From a virus (lineage: Duplodnaviria; Caudoviricetes), in IMG/VR virus record IMGVR_UViG_3300036766_001627, positions 1 through 61,509 of that record: a DNA stretch of 61,509 nucleotides; one strand, given 5' to 3'. The notes below the pieces were generated by a model that had not been told where the DNA came from, did not search any database, and saw nothing but the letters and a program-made list of their open reading frames with translations. How positions within the stretch are numbered: position 1 is the first letter of the stretch; each line of letters starts with the position of its first letter. Position numbers and translations under genes: made by a program. Positions 19,188 through 28,421 of the stretch are shown piece by piece.

Positions 19188-19217
19188 AATTTGCAAAGAT
19201 GCCTATAATGGTGTATC

Positions 19218-19493
19218 ATGGAAAAGTCTGAGGAAAAACCGGAGCGTCTGAGTCACGACGACATCGAAGAGATCGCCACCAGGGTCGTTCGGCGGGTGTT
19301 TCTGGAAATGGGCATCGACGCGAGCACGCCGCTGGCAGCTCAGCAGGACTTCGCCTTCATGCGGAATCTAAGACGTGGTTTCGAGAGCACGAAGCGAACA
19401 GCCCGGACCACGGCTGTGGGAATCTTCGTTACGACGATCCTGACGTTGCTTCTATGGGCGATAAAACAGGCCATCAAGGGAGAGATGAAGTGA
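19218..19493 (+). CDS. Small membrane protein (holin/hemolysin-like candidate)
   Basis: Single C-terminal transmembrane segment; located after the tail genes. Confidence 0.5.
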   Translation: MEKSEEKPERLSHDDIEEIATRVVRRVFLEMGIDASTPLAAQQDFAFMRNLRRGFESTKRTARTTAVGIFVTTILTLLLWAIKQAIKGEMK

Positions 19494-21097
19494 AGACATC
19501 AGAGAAATTCGCCACGGATGCTGTTGATGTACAGATCATGGAAGCCATAGATGTAGTCGGCACGGGACTCACTGACCTGTCCAGAGAGACAGGACTGAGT
19601 CGTTCTACGATCTACTACCGCCTCAAGAAGATGGGCGCCGATAAGCCGATCAGCGCAGGCTCTATCCGCGGCACGGCGGAGAAGTCCGCAGAGCTACCGA
19701 AGCCAGGCAGAATCAAGCGGTACATCCTCACCTCCGCCCAGAACAACACGAAGATACACGAGGCGGTCTGGGAGAGCCTCCTCACGCTGGCGAAATACTA
19801 CGACGCCGCGATCCTGATCGGCACCTTCAGCTACAACCAGAACGCCTTCGGGTCTATGGCTACGAAGCGGGGCACGGAGAAGCACGATAAAGACCTGTGG
19901 TACGACGAGCGGCTCAAACCGTACTTCGCGGATGAGCGGATAAGGCTAGCCGAGGGCCTCGTATGGTGTGGCGAGATGAATATCATGCCCACGGCCGAGA
20001 ACCCGCTGAGTGGTCTGGAAACCTACAGCGGCCGTAAGAGTGCCATCGTGCCGCACGCGAAGATCGCCATGCAGTCCGTCGCCGCCATGAAGGGCGAGGG
20101 AGTGAAGTTCAACTACACGACAGGCACTGTCACGCAGATGAACTACATCCAGAAGAAGGCCGGTCAGAAGGGCGAGCACCACCACACTTACGGTGGACTG
20201 CTTGTCGAGGTGAATGCGGACGGAGCCTGGTTCGTGCGGCAGATCGAGGCGACGAAGGAGGGGGTTATATGCGACTTGGACATCCGCGTCGAGGGCACCA
20301 AGCTCACACGGAAGAACAGGGTTGAAGCGATAACCTGGGGTGACATCCACGCAGCCTGCGTGGATGAGAACGTCACGACCTCGGCTCTCGGAGCCGATGG
20401 CATGATGGACACTCTCAAACCTCGCTACTCGTTCATCCACGATATCTTCGAGGGTGTGTCTTTCAGCCACCACACGGCTGACAACTGCCACGCGAAATTC
20501 TCAGCTCACCTGCGTGGTTACGACTCGGTACAGTGTGAAGTTAATACGACCGCTCATGTTCTCAGTTCTTATCTACGGAAGCTCACTCAAACTGTAGTCG
20601 TAGACAGCAACCACGACAGCGCCTGGCTTGCTCGCTGGTTGCGTGAGCACGACTACCGACGTGATCCGGTGAATGCGGTGTTCTTCCTGCAGATGCAACT
20701 CGCCTTCTACGAAGCGATGGAGAGGAAAGAGAAGCTGAACCTGACGAGGTGGGCACTCCAGATTTTTCCTCGACAGCTCGGAGAGGTGAAGTTCCTCGGG
20801 CCAGACGAGTCCTTCCGCACCTGTGGCGGCCTTATCGAGAACGGACAACACGGGCACCTCGGGCCGAACGGCGCCCGCGGTACGGCCCAGAACCTCAACA
20901 GGGTTGGCCGCAGGGCGAATACGGCCCACAGTCACAGCGCGGCCATCGTGAACGGCCTATATGTCGCCGGCACGAGCAGCGATCTGGATATGGGCTACAA
21001 TGTCGGCCCCTCGTCTTGGTCCCACAGCCACATCATCACATACCCTACTGGCAAGAGAACCATCATTACTGTCTGGGATGGGCGGTGGAGAGCATGA
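19490..21097 (+). CDS. HTH-fused metallophosphoesterase-like protein
   Basis: N-terminal HTH (LSRETGLSRSTIYYRL); GDIH, HD, SNHD, HGH and HSH calcineurin-like motifs. Confidence 0.7.
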   Translation: MKTSEKFATDAVDVQIMEAIDVVGTGLTDLSRETGLSRSTIYYRLKKMGADKPISAGSIRGTAEKSAELPKPGRIKRYILTSAQNNTKIHEAVWESLLTLAKYYDAAILIGTFSYNQNAFGSMATKRGTEKHDKDLWYDERLKPYFADERIRLAEGLVWCGEMNIMPTAENPLSGLETYSGRKSAIVPHAKIAMQSVAAMKGEGVKFNYTTGTVTQMNYIQKKAGQKGEHHHTYGGLLVEVNADGAWFVRQIEATKEGVICDLDIRVEGTKLTRKNRVEAITWGDIHAACVDENVTTSALGADGMMDTLKPRYSFIHDIFEGVSFSHHTADNCHAKFSAHLRGYDSVQCEVNTTAHVLSSYLRKLTQTVVVDSNHDSAWLARWLREHDYRRDPVNAVFFLQMQLAFYEAMERKEKLNLTRWALQIFPRQLGEVKFLGPDESFRTCGGLIENGQHGHLGPNGARGTAQNLNRVGRRANTAHSHSAAIVNGLYVAGTSSDLDMGYNVGPSSWSHSHIITYPTGKRTIITVWDGRWRA

Positions 21098-21341
21098 AGA
21101 TAGAGAAGCCACAGAACCCAGATAGAGAAGCGGGGATCATCTCCCTTCTGACGGCACGAGAGCAAAAACCGGCTGATCCCAGTTGGAACAGTTGGGTTGA
21201 AGCCTGGACGAAGTGTGTTTTTGAAAATCATCGAAAGATGAGAATTTTAACTCCAGATGGTTGCCCAGAACCAGTTTATGGGTTATAATGTAATATGAGC
21301 TTCAGTGAAGTGGTCTTTTTATCTTCCATGAAAGGAAATCT

Positions 21342-21917
21342 ATGTTCTGGATCATCGTTCTAGTCGCGGTCGTGTTTGTCGTCGGAGTTCTGTTCGCCCG
21401 CAAGAACAAGGCATTCGCGTTCGAGGTCGTCCGCATCCCCAACGGTCTCGCCTTGGGTAGTGGCCACGAGACGATCCAGTCGGCTGATGCGAATCCGATG
21501 AATGTCCTCTACGAGATTCTCACAGACCCCGACAGGGGACTCGGTTTCGCCGCCGCTGATATCGACACGACCGCCTTCGCGGCCGCTGCGGATGTGCTCT
21601 GGTCGGAAGACAACGGGTTCTCGATGATCCTGGATAGCCACAGCACGGCCGGCGACCTCATCAAAGAGATCGAGCGCCAGATCGAGGGAATTGTCTTCGT
21701 TGACCGCACAACTGGCAAGTGGACGATCAAGCTAGTCCGGGCGGATTATACACTCGGTTCCATGCCGGCGATAGATGAGACGAACATCAAGGAGGTGAGG
21801 GACTTCGCCCGCAAGAACAAGGCGAAGGCCAACGCTATCGCCGGCGCCGCCGATTCTGCGAAGGCCGCGGTGTCGAATGAGTACAATAAGTTGACAACGA
21901 AGCCCCCGGTCAAGTAA
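21342..21917 (+). CDS. Small membrane protein with in-frame insertion of a tail-tip gene segment
   Basis: N-terminal TM; 21407-21812 is about 92% identical to 16877-17282. Confidence 0.7.
   Translation: MFWIIVLVAVVFVVGVLFARKNKAFAFEVVRIPNGLALGSGHETIQSADANPMNVLYEILTDPDRGLGFAAADIDTTAFAAAADVLWSEDNGFSMILDSHSTAGDLIKEIERQIEGIVFVDRTTGKWTIKLVRADYTLGSMPAIDETNIKEVRDFARKNKAKANAIAGAADSAKAAVSNEYNKLTTKPPVK
21393..21823 (+). repeat. Duplicated tail-tip segment flanked by a 20-bp direct repeat TTCGCCCGCAAGAACAAGGC
   Basis: Repeat copies at 21393-21412 and 21804-21823; about 31 substitutions versus the tail gene (manual count). Confidence 0.9.
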
Positions 21918-21948
21918 ACTGGCTCATGCTCCTAGAAAGGAGGACACA

Positions 21949-22047
21949 GTGGCAAGCAAGAAACAACTGGCCGCCCGCGCAAAGTTCATTGCGATGGTCA
22001 AGGCCAAGAACCACGGCAAGAGTGGTAAGATGAAGAAGGGCAAGTAG
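21949..22047 (+). CDS. Very small Lys-rich protein (32 aa; not in ORF track)
   Basis: AAAGGAGG RBS, GTG start, MASKKQLAARAKFIAMVKAKNHGKSGKMKKGK, followed by a terminator. Confidence 0.65.
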   Translation: MASKKQLAARAKFIAMVKAKNHGKSGKMKKGK

Positions 22048-22090
22048 GTGGGGTCTTTGTTCGATCTAGGGAACAGGCCCCACTTTTTCT
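22048..22090 (+). terminator. Intrinsic terminator
   Basis: GTGGGGTCT..TGTTC/GAACAGGCCCCAC stem followed by TTTTT. Confidence 0.7.
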
Positions 22091-22102
22091 TGGAGAGAGC
22101 TT

Positions 22103-22762
22103 GTGGTCTATAAATGCGCTGATAGTGTAGAGGCTGCACGTCCCCCTATCCAGGTGGAAGGAGAAGGTTCGATCCCTATCTCAGCGCTTGATCTTAGGTT
22201 TGTAGAGATCAACATGCGAGAAGCAAAGGTTCTGAACGAGACCTGGCACAGCATGTTGCCGAGAACCGATCTTGGTAATCTTCTCTGTGGGAGCATCTCT
22301 GTCGCATACGCTGCGGAGTACGGGGGCAAATTTCTTGGTGTCGCCATCTTTAGTCAGCCCATCGTCAGGAGCTTATGTGATGGGCGAACAATTGAGTTGA
22401 GAAGACTGGCTTTGGGGCCGGATGCCCCCAAAAATTCTGCCTCCAGGATGATGGCAGTTACGGCCAGACTTGTGAAGCGGAAGTATAGGTGGATCAACAA
22501 GATCGTCAGCTACCAAGCCGTAGACGTTCATGCGGGAACCATCTACAGAGCGGCGGGATGGACTCCCGTGGGAAAAGTTGTTCCTGCTCGTCCCCAGAGG
22601 ATGAAAGGCAGCAAGCAGAGAGCCACAGGACCTCTCCAGACACACAGCCGAAAACTACGGTGGGAGAAGATCATAGGAACGGATGCCTATGTTCCTGAAG
22701 AGGGAGAGACAACAGAGAGAATCAGAAATCTTCTTCTGACTTCAAACGGAAAGAACGCATGA
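22103..22762 (+). CDS. Mom-like (GNAT fold) DNA adenine hypermodification enzyme
   Basis: ELRRLAL..APKNSASR, VSY..DVHAGTIYRAAGW motifs of the Mom/XF1762-like family. Confidence 0.75.
   Translation: MVYKCADSVEAARPPIQVEGEGSIPISALDLRFVEINMREAKVLNETWHSMLPRTDLGNLLCGSISVAYAAEYGGKFLGVAIFSQPIVRSLCDGRTIELRRLALGPDAPKNSASRMMAVTARLVKRKYRWINKIVSYQAVDVHAGTIYRAAGWTPVGKVVPARPQRMKGSKQRATGPLQTHSRKLRWEKIIGTDAYVPEEGETTERIRNLLLTSNGKNA
22116..22188 (+). ncRNA. tRNA-Gly-like cloverleaf within the 5' end of the Mom-like gene
   Basis: Acceptor GCGCTGA/TCAGCGC; D stem GTGT/GCAC; 8-nt anticodon loop CTATCCAG; TTCGATC T-loop; U discriminator; no encoded CCA. Confidence 0.65.
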
Positions 22763-22947
22763 AGAAGCTGAACACAAACCTCGTCTTCCACGGCCTCCCT
22801 GTCTTCCTGGAGGTGCCGGACGACTTCGTCTCAGAGCAGGCGATCCTCCGTGCTTTCCACGCGCACCTCGACCGGGTAGAGAATGTATTTCTGAAGAAAG
22901 AGATTGTGTCTGGTACTTTCCCTCGCCTGGCCGAGGACAGTAGATGA
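22759..22947 (+). CDS. Hypothetical protein
   Basis: Fills the gap between neighbours with ATGA overlaps on both sides. Confidence 0.5.
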   Translation: MKKLNTNLVFHGLPVFLEVPDDFVSEQAILRAFHAHLDRVENVFLKKEIVSGTFPRLAEDSR

Positions 22948-24413
22948 GCATCACATTCAAGACGAAGCCTTTTCCACACCAACTCGCCGAGTTCGAGCTG
23001 AGCCGAAACCTGCCTGCTCGTGCCCTCTTCTTCGAGATGGGTCTCGGGAAATCATTCTGCGCAATTGTAAACGCCGCACACCTCTACGCGGAGGGTAAGA
23101 TCACAGGGATGCTCGTCGTCGCACCCAGCGGTGTCCACCGGAACTGGGTAGACGCGGAGATACCGGCGCACATGCCCGATGATACGATGGCAGATACCAT
23201 CGCTCTCGCCTACAATACGAACAAGGCGGATACGCGGGCACATCAGGCGGCTGTCCACAACCTGACCACGAGAGCGGGTTTCTCTGTCCTCTCCATGAGC
23301 TACGACGGCCTCCTCACCGCCCGCGGCAAGCAGACAGTCTGGGACTTCCTCCGGCGCCGGCCCTCCATGTACGTTGTCGATGAGGGCCGGCGGATCAAGA
23401 ACCCGAAGGCGAAACGGACGAAAGCCGTCATCGGGTCAGGCAAATTTGCCCCATACCGGCGGCTTCTTAATGGGACCCCGATCAGCAACGGGCCTTTTGA
23501 TCTCTACAGCCAGATGCTGTTCCTGGATGCCGATTTCTGGAAACCCCTAGGCGTCAGCAGCGAGTGGGGATTCCGCAACTACTTCGGTTCTTTCAAGACG
23601 AGCTATGTCAGGGTGGCTGGAGGCGCCATGAGGGAGTTCAAGGAACTCATAGAGTACCGGAACCTCGATATCCTCAAGACGTATCTAGACAAGGCGGGGA
23701 AGCGGCTGACGAAGGAGGAGGTACTTGATCTCCCGCCCAAGTTGTACTCAACAATCAAGTTCACCCTCGCGCCGGCGCAGCAGGCAGCATACGATCAGAT
23801 GGTAGAAGAATACAGAACGGTCCTCGCCTCCGGCGAGGAGGTTGATGCCGAACTGGCCATCGTGCGGATGCTACGTCTGCAACAGATCACGTCCGGCTAC
23901 CTGCCCACGCCGGACGGCCGGGAACCCTACGAGGACATCGGTGCCACAAACCCCCGCATCACAACCATACTCGACCTGTGCGAAGATGTCCCGCACAGCG
24001 CGATCATCTGGTGCCGGTTTAGACGGACGATAGATAAGCTGTGCGCAGCCCTCGGCACAGATGCTGTGCGGTACGACGGGCTTATCACTGACGAAGATGA
24101 GGCGGCGGAGGCTGTGCGGGCCTTCCAGGCAGGCGAGAAGAAGTTCTTCGTATCAAATCCGGCCAAAGGAGGCGAAGGACTCACGCTCCACCGGGCGAGA
24201 ACAGTGATCCGGGCCGAGAACAGCTACAACCTGGCCGAACGCCTCCAATCCGATGACCGGGCGCACCGGATCGGGCAGAAGTTCAGCGTCCAGTACATAG
24301 ATGTGTGCGGTGCCGACACAGTCGATGAGCGGGTTGCCGAGTGTCTCCGTAAGAAGCAGGATGTGGCCAACATCATCACGGGAGACCGGAAGTTGACAAG
24401 CTGGCTTCTGTGA
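22944..24413 (+). CDS. SNF2-family helicase
   Basis: EMGLGKS, VVDEG, LNGTP, GEGLTL, QSDDRAHRIGQ motifs. Confidence 0.92.
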   Translation: MSITFKTKPFPHQLAEFELSRNLPARALFFEMGLGKSFCAIVNAAHLYAEGKITGMLVVAPSGVHRNWVDAEIPAHMPDDTMADTIALAYNTNKADTRAHQAAVHNLTTRAGFSVLSMSYDGLLTARGKQTVWDFLRRRPSMYVVDEGRRIKNPKAKRTKAVIGSGKFAPYRRLLNGTPISNGPFDLYSQMLFLDADFWKPLGVSSEWGFRNYFGSFKTSYVRVAGGAMREFKELIEYRNLDILKTYLDKAGKRLTKEEVLDLPPKLYSTIKFTLAPAQQAAYDQMVEEYRTVLASGEEVDAELAIVRMLRLQQITSGYLPTPDGREPYEDIGATNPRITTILDLCEDVPHSAIIWCRFRRTIDKLCAALGTDAVRYDGLITDEDEAAEAVRAFQAGEKKFFVSNPAKGGEGLTLHRARTVIRAENSYNLAERLQSDDRAHRIGQKFSVQYIDVCGADTVDERVAECLRKKQDVANIITGDRKLTSWLL

Positions 24414-24427
24414 GGTAGGATTCATCA

Positions 24428-25024
24428 ATGGCTAAGCCACACACAGAGGACAACCAGGAACCAAACCCAGCCTTCAAGGTCCTCACCGATCTCGTCGAGC
24501 GGGCGAAGAACCACTCCGAGAACGTCGAGCGTCTGGAGGAGGAGCTGAGGCTGGAGGAGCAGCGGCTTCTCCTCATCGTCGGCGGATTCAACGAGGTGGG
24601 CGCGCTGCCCGCGAAGATGCGGGAGCTTGGCCTGTCCTCCTTCACGACGAAAGACGGTCTCTGTATCGAGCTGGAGCGGAAGCTGAAGGCGAGTATCAGC
24701 GAAGCGAGGAAGCCCGAAGCCTTCGCCTGGCTGGAGGAGAACGGACACGCAGCCCTAATAAAGCGCGAGGTAAGTGTCTCGTTCAACCGGGAGCAGGCAG
24801 AGGAGGCCGTGCTGCTCCTGGATCAACTCCGCGGCAAGTTCCCCGGCGTCAACATGAAACAATCCGTCCATGCGAGTACCCTGGAAGCGTGGGTCCGTCA
24901 GATGCGGAAGGACGGAGAAGACATACCTTGCGAAACCTTCGGCATCAGGGAGTTCGAGGTCGCCAAGAGCGACGGGATAGGAAGGAAGAGATCGAAGAAG
25001 AATTTGACAGAACACCCGTTCTGA
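24428..25024 (+). CDS. Conserved phage replication-module protein
   Basis: AFAWLEENGHAALIK...VHASTLEAWVR motif common in PolA phage modules; leaderless promoter upstream. Confidence 0.6.
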   Translation: MAKPHTEDNQEPNPAFKVLTDLVERAKNHSENVERLEEELRLEEQRLLLIVGGFNEVGALPAKMRELGLSSFTTKDGLCIELERKLKASISEARKPEAFAWLEENGHAALIKREVSVSFNREQAEEAVLLLDQLRGKFPGVNMKQSVHASTLEAWVRQMRKDGEDIPCETFGIREFEVAKSDGIGRKRSKKNLTEHPF

Positions 25025-25041
25025 TGTATACTAGGAAAACC

Positions 25042-25114
25042 TGCGGGGTAGATCAGTTGGTAGATCGCAAGGCTCATAACCTTGAAGTCGCTGGTTCGAG
25101 TCCAGCCCCCGCAT
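25042..25114 (+). tRNA. tRNA-Met(CAT), initiator-like
   Basis: Cloverleaf TGCGGGG/CCCCGCA, CTCATAA anticodon loop, GGTTCGAGTCC; preceded by TTGACA-17-TATACT. Confidence 0.9.
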
Positions 25115-25277
25115 CTAGGCCGGTAGCCTCATGCGAAGAGGCACTATCCCGCTTCAAAAAAGAAGCGTGTTAGTTAAGAAGGACTCGCAACCTCCCGGTC
25201 TTCTTATGCCCCACCGACATTCTCGGTGGCATCCGGGCACACCGGCGGATGTAAATGGTCCGGCACAAGGAATACTT

Positions 25278-26165
25278 ATGAGTGACAACAAGTCTCAGAT
25301 CGTCAAGGCGTCCGACTACGGCAGCTTCTCCGGCGTAGGCCTGGAGAACTTCACGGCATCTGATGTGACGACCCCGTTCCTCTACCTGCTCGGCGCCAAG
25401 AGTCCGCAGTGTGAGGTGGGCAACCCGAAGTACGTAGAGGGTGCTACGGCGGGAATGCTAATGAACGGCGCGAGCCAGGAACTCTATCCCGCCTTCGTCC
25501 GCGCCGGAGCACCGCTTCCGCAGGGCCTAATCTTCCAGCCCGTGGTGATGAAACACGAGTACGAGGAGAGGACTCCCAAGATCGGCGACCAACAAGGAAA
25601 CCACCTTGGTAATCACGACGCGGCCGACGCCCTCGTACTCGACGCCATCGCCGACTTCCGGCAGCGAACAGGCAAGAAGTTCAGCCCGCGGTACCCCCTC
25701 GGCAACGGAAACGAGATCAACGAGACCTACCTTCTTATCGGCTTCATCCACAGCACCGAGGATATCGCGGCCCAGACAGCATTGGGTGTCGGCACGCCCA
25801 TCGCTATCACATTCTCCAGCACCCGGATCAAGCCGCTGAAGGACTACATATACCAGGTCTTCAGCATCGGCACCGACCCGACGAAGGCACCACCGCTATT
25901 CGCCCACCGGCTCCGGCTCCGCACGGTCCTTGAATCCAGGACTTTGAACGGCAAACCGATAACGAGCCACAACTACGTTATCAAGCCGCTCATCGAAGGC
26001 AATGTGCTGAAGAGCCTCATCCCGCTGAACGACGAATCTGGCAACACGCACCCGCTCATCGCGGCCGGCCGGGACTTGAACGCGGCCTTCTCCGCGGGTT
26101 CTGTGAAGGTGGGTGTCGCGGACACCAAGCACGACGACGAAGTCAGTACGAAACCTCCGTTCTAG
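25278..26165 (+). CDS. Putative ssDNA-binding/annealing protein
   Basis: AAGGA RBS at ATG 25278; GLENFT..D...PFL.LL...SPQ motif; acidic C-terminus ending PF; followed by a terminator. Confidence 0.55.
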   Translation: MSDNKSQIVKASDYGSFSGVGLENFTASDVTTPFLYLLGAKSPQCEVGNPKYVEGATAGMLMNGASQELYPAFVRAGAPLPQGLIFQPVVMKHEYEERTPKIGDQQGNHLGNHDAADALVLDAIADFRQRTGKKFSPRYPLGNGNEINETYLLIGFIHSTEDIAAQTALGVGTPIAITFSSTRIKPLKDYIYQVFSIGTDPTKAPPLFAHRLRLRTVLESRTLNGKPITSHNYVIKPLIEGNVLKSLIPLNDESGNTHPLIAAGRDLNAAFSAGSVKVGVADTKHDDEVSTKPPF

Positions 26166-26176
26166 GTCCTAGCCGA

Positions 26177-26218
26177 GGCGGCCGGGTTTTGACAGACTTG
26201 AGACCTGGCCGCTTTTTA
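26177..26218 (+). terminator. Intrinsic terminator
   Basis: GCGGCCGGGT/ACCTGGCCGC stem followed by a T-run. Confidence 0.7.
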
Positions 26219-26249
26219 TTTTGTTGGGCTTTTTTTCTTAGGGATACTT

Positions 26250-26546
26250 ATGATTTTGATTATTTTGATTCTTTTGGTTCTTGTCCTTGTTACTGTTCTG
26301 TGGAACTTGCGGACATCTGTGGCGCTGAAGAGGTCCGTGGAGGCCCTGGCGGAGAAGTTCACATCTCTGGATGACACCATCAACAGGATAAAACCAGGAC
26401 CGAAAGTTGAGAAACTTTCCACGATACAGAAGATAACAGAAGGTATGAGCAACCTCAAACAACCTCCCTCCAATGGTCATGTTGGTTGTGTTATTGAGGA
26501 AATTTCCGGCAAGATAGTTGATCTAAACGGCGCCTACACTAGCTGA
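26250..26546 (+). CDS. Membrane-anchored hypothetical protein
   Basis: Hydrophobic N-terminus. Confidence 0.5.
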   Translation: MILIILILLVLVLVTVLWNLRTSVALKRSVEALAEKFTSLDDTINRIKPGPKVEKLSTIQKITEGMSNLKQPPSNGHVGCVIEEISGKIVDLNGAYTS

Positions 26547-26624
26547 TCTTGCAGCCTTCGGAGGCCTAACACCAACGACCAGGATAACCTGAGCGCAGGC
26601 CCCTTGTCGGTCCTTTATGCCCAG

Positions 26625-27155
26625 ATGAACCGAAAACAGCGATCTGTAACCCGATACGGCATCACAACGCCGGCCTCTTGTCCGCAGCCCGCGGGTCTAG
26701 GCCCGAACGGCCGCCGGTTCTGCCGCTGGTGCCACGGAGAACTTGAGAAGGGTCGGCGGACCCAGCACGCGGCCTGCCACCACGACCTATGGATGGTTCT
26801 GAGTGGTACCTATCTGAAGCACTGTGTCTGGAAGCGTGACAAAGGTGTGTGCGCGGGCTGCGGTGTGGACTGCGACCGCATAAAGCGAGCCATACACTAC
26901 GCCAACTATAGGTGGCAGGAGAAGCATGATATACTCAAACAGCTCGGTTTCACAGGATGGTCGCTTCACCTCTGGGAGGCCCACCACATTGTTCCCGTCA
27001 TCAGAGGTGGCGCCGACCACCTAGACAACCTTCTTACCCTCTGCGTAAACTGCCACAAGATAGAGACCGCGAAGCTGGCCGCGGAGCGAGCACTTGAAAG
27101 GAAGCAGTGCAGGAAGTTGACTAAACCAAAGCAGCAAGGTATAGTTGAACCATGA
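26625..27155 (+). CDS. HNH endonuclease
   Basis: RDKGVCAGCG...EAHHIVPVIRGGADHLDNLLTLCVNCH. Confidence 0.88.
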   Translation: MNRKQRSVTRYGITTPASCPQPAGLGPNGRRFCRWCHGELEKGRRTQHAACHHDLWMVLSGTYLKHCVWKRDKGVCAGCGVDCDRIKRAIHYANYRWQEKHDILKQLGFTGWSLHLWEAHHIVPVIRGGADHLDNLLTLCVNCHKIETAKLAAERALERKQCRKLTKPKQQGIVEP

Positions 27156-28390
27156 ACTGGTCTGCCCAACAAGAGAAGGCCCTCACGGATGTATCTGCCT
27201 GGCTCGCGCGAGGCCGGCAGTCCTTCTTCAGACTCTTCGGGTATGCCGGCTCGGGGAAGACCTCTTTAGCCAAATATTTCGCCGAAGGCGCAAGCCAGGT
27301 ACTGTATGCTGCCTACACAGGTAAGGCGGCCAGTGTAATGCGATCTAAGGGTTGTACGGGGGCAACAACGCTCCACAAGCTGTTGTATAGGCCGAACCCG
27401 AAGAGTAAGAAGGTCGTTGAGGAACTCATCGCCGCCCGAAGAAAAATGCTGGATGATCTCACAACGACTGAAGACGGGCGGCAGAAGCTGACGCTGGAGG
27501 CCGCTGTCCTGCTGCCTCAGATCAGGAAACTAGATGAGGCCATCCGCATCGAGACGGACGGCCACCGTAGGCCTTCGTGGGTTCTCAACGAGGAGAGTGC
27601 GGTCAAAGGCGCCGACCTCATCATCGTAGACGAGGTGAGTATGGTAGACCGGAAGATAGGCGAGGACCTACTCTCGTTCGGGACACCGATCCTCGTGCTC
27701 GGCGATCCGGCACAGTTGCCCCCGGTGATGGGCACTGGCTTCTTCATGGCCGGCACTCCCGACACACTGCTCACTGAGATACACCGTCAGGACGCCGATA
27801 ACCCCATCCTACACCTCGCCCACACTGTCCGCTCTGGTGGTACACTGAAAGTGGGGAAGTACGGACGAAGTGAGGTAATAAGCAAGTCCGATCTCAAGCA
27901 TCGACGTGAAGATATCATGGGCGCCGACCAGGCGCTCTGCGGCCGGAATGTTACCCGGCACTCGTACAACGCCCGAATGCGGGAGCTTCGCGGATACGCA
28001 GCAGCCCTGCCAGTTGTCGGTGACAAACTCGTATGTACCCGCAACGACCACGAGCGGGGCATCCTGAACGGCGAGATATGGGTGGTCAAAGATTGTGCCG
28101 ATGTAGACGAGGAGACAATCGAGTTACAGCTCGCCTCGGAGGACGGGGACCGTGGTGTTGATACAATCGCGCACAAGAACCTTCTTCTGAACAGACAAGT
28201 GAGTCCCTGGCTCATGCGAGAGAAGGCCTGCTTCGAGTACGGTCAGACCCTCACTGTGCATAAGAGTCAAGGTTCACAGTGGGACAAAGTCTTCATCGTC
28301 GATGAGAGTGCCTGCTTCCGGCAAGACAGATCGCGGCACCTCTATACCGCTATAACCAGGGCCGCAAGACAAGTGGTTGTTGCAATTTGA
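27152..28390 (+). CDS. RecD/Dda-like SF1 helicase
   Basis: GYAGSGKT, IVDEVSMV, GDPAQLPPV, TVHKSQGSQW, LYTAITRA. Confidence 0.92.
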   Translation: MNWSAQQEKALTDVSAWLARGRQSFFRLFGYAGSGKTSLAKYFAEGASQVLYAAYTGKAASVMRSKGCTGATTLHKLLYRPNPKSKKVVEELIAARRKMLDDLTTTEDGRQKLTLEAAVLLPQIRKLDEAIRIETDGHRRPSWVLNEESAVKGADLIIVDEVSMVDRKIGEDLLSFGTPILVLGDPAQLPPVMGTGFFMAGTPDTLLTEIHRQDADNPILHLAHTVRSGGTLKVGKYGRSEVISKSDLKHRREDIMGADQALCGRNVTRHSYNARMRELRGYAAALPVVGDKLVCTRNDHERGILNGEIWVVKDCADVDEETIELQLASEDGDRGVDTIAHKNLLLNRQVSPWLMREKACFEYGQTLTVHKSQGSQWDKVFIVDESACFRQDRSRHLYTAITRAARQVVVAI

Positions 28391-28421
28391 CAAAAACCTC
28401 AGAATAGGGTATGATCGCTGT

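Noticed and set aside
21407-21812. Diversity-generating retroelement template/variable repeat pair
   Set aside because: No reverse transcriptase is present, mismatches are not adenine-specific and are mostly synonymous, and the matching segment is internal to the tail gene.
22116-22188. Functional translational tRNA-Gly gene
   Set aside because: The 8-nt anticodon loop, anticodon-stem mismatch, bulged T stem and in-frame overlap with a CDS argue against it; kept as a tRNA-like element.
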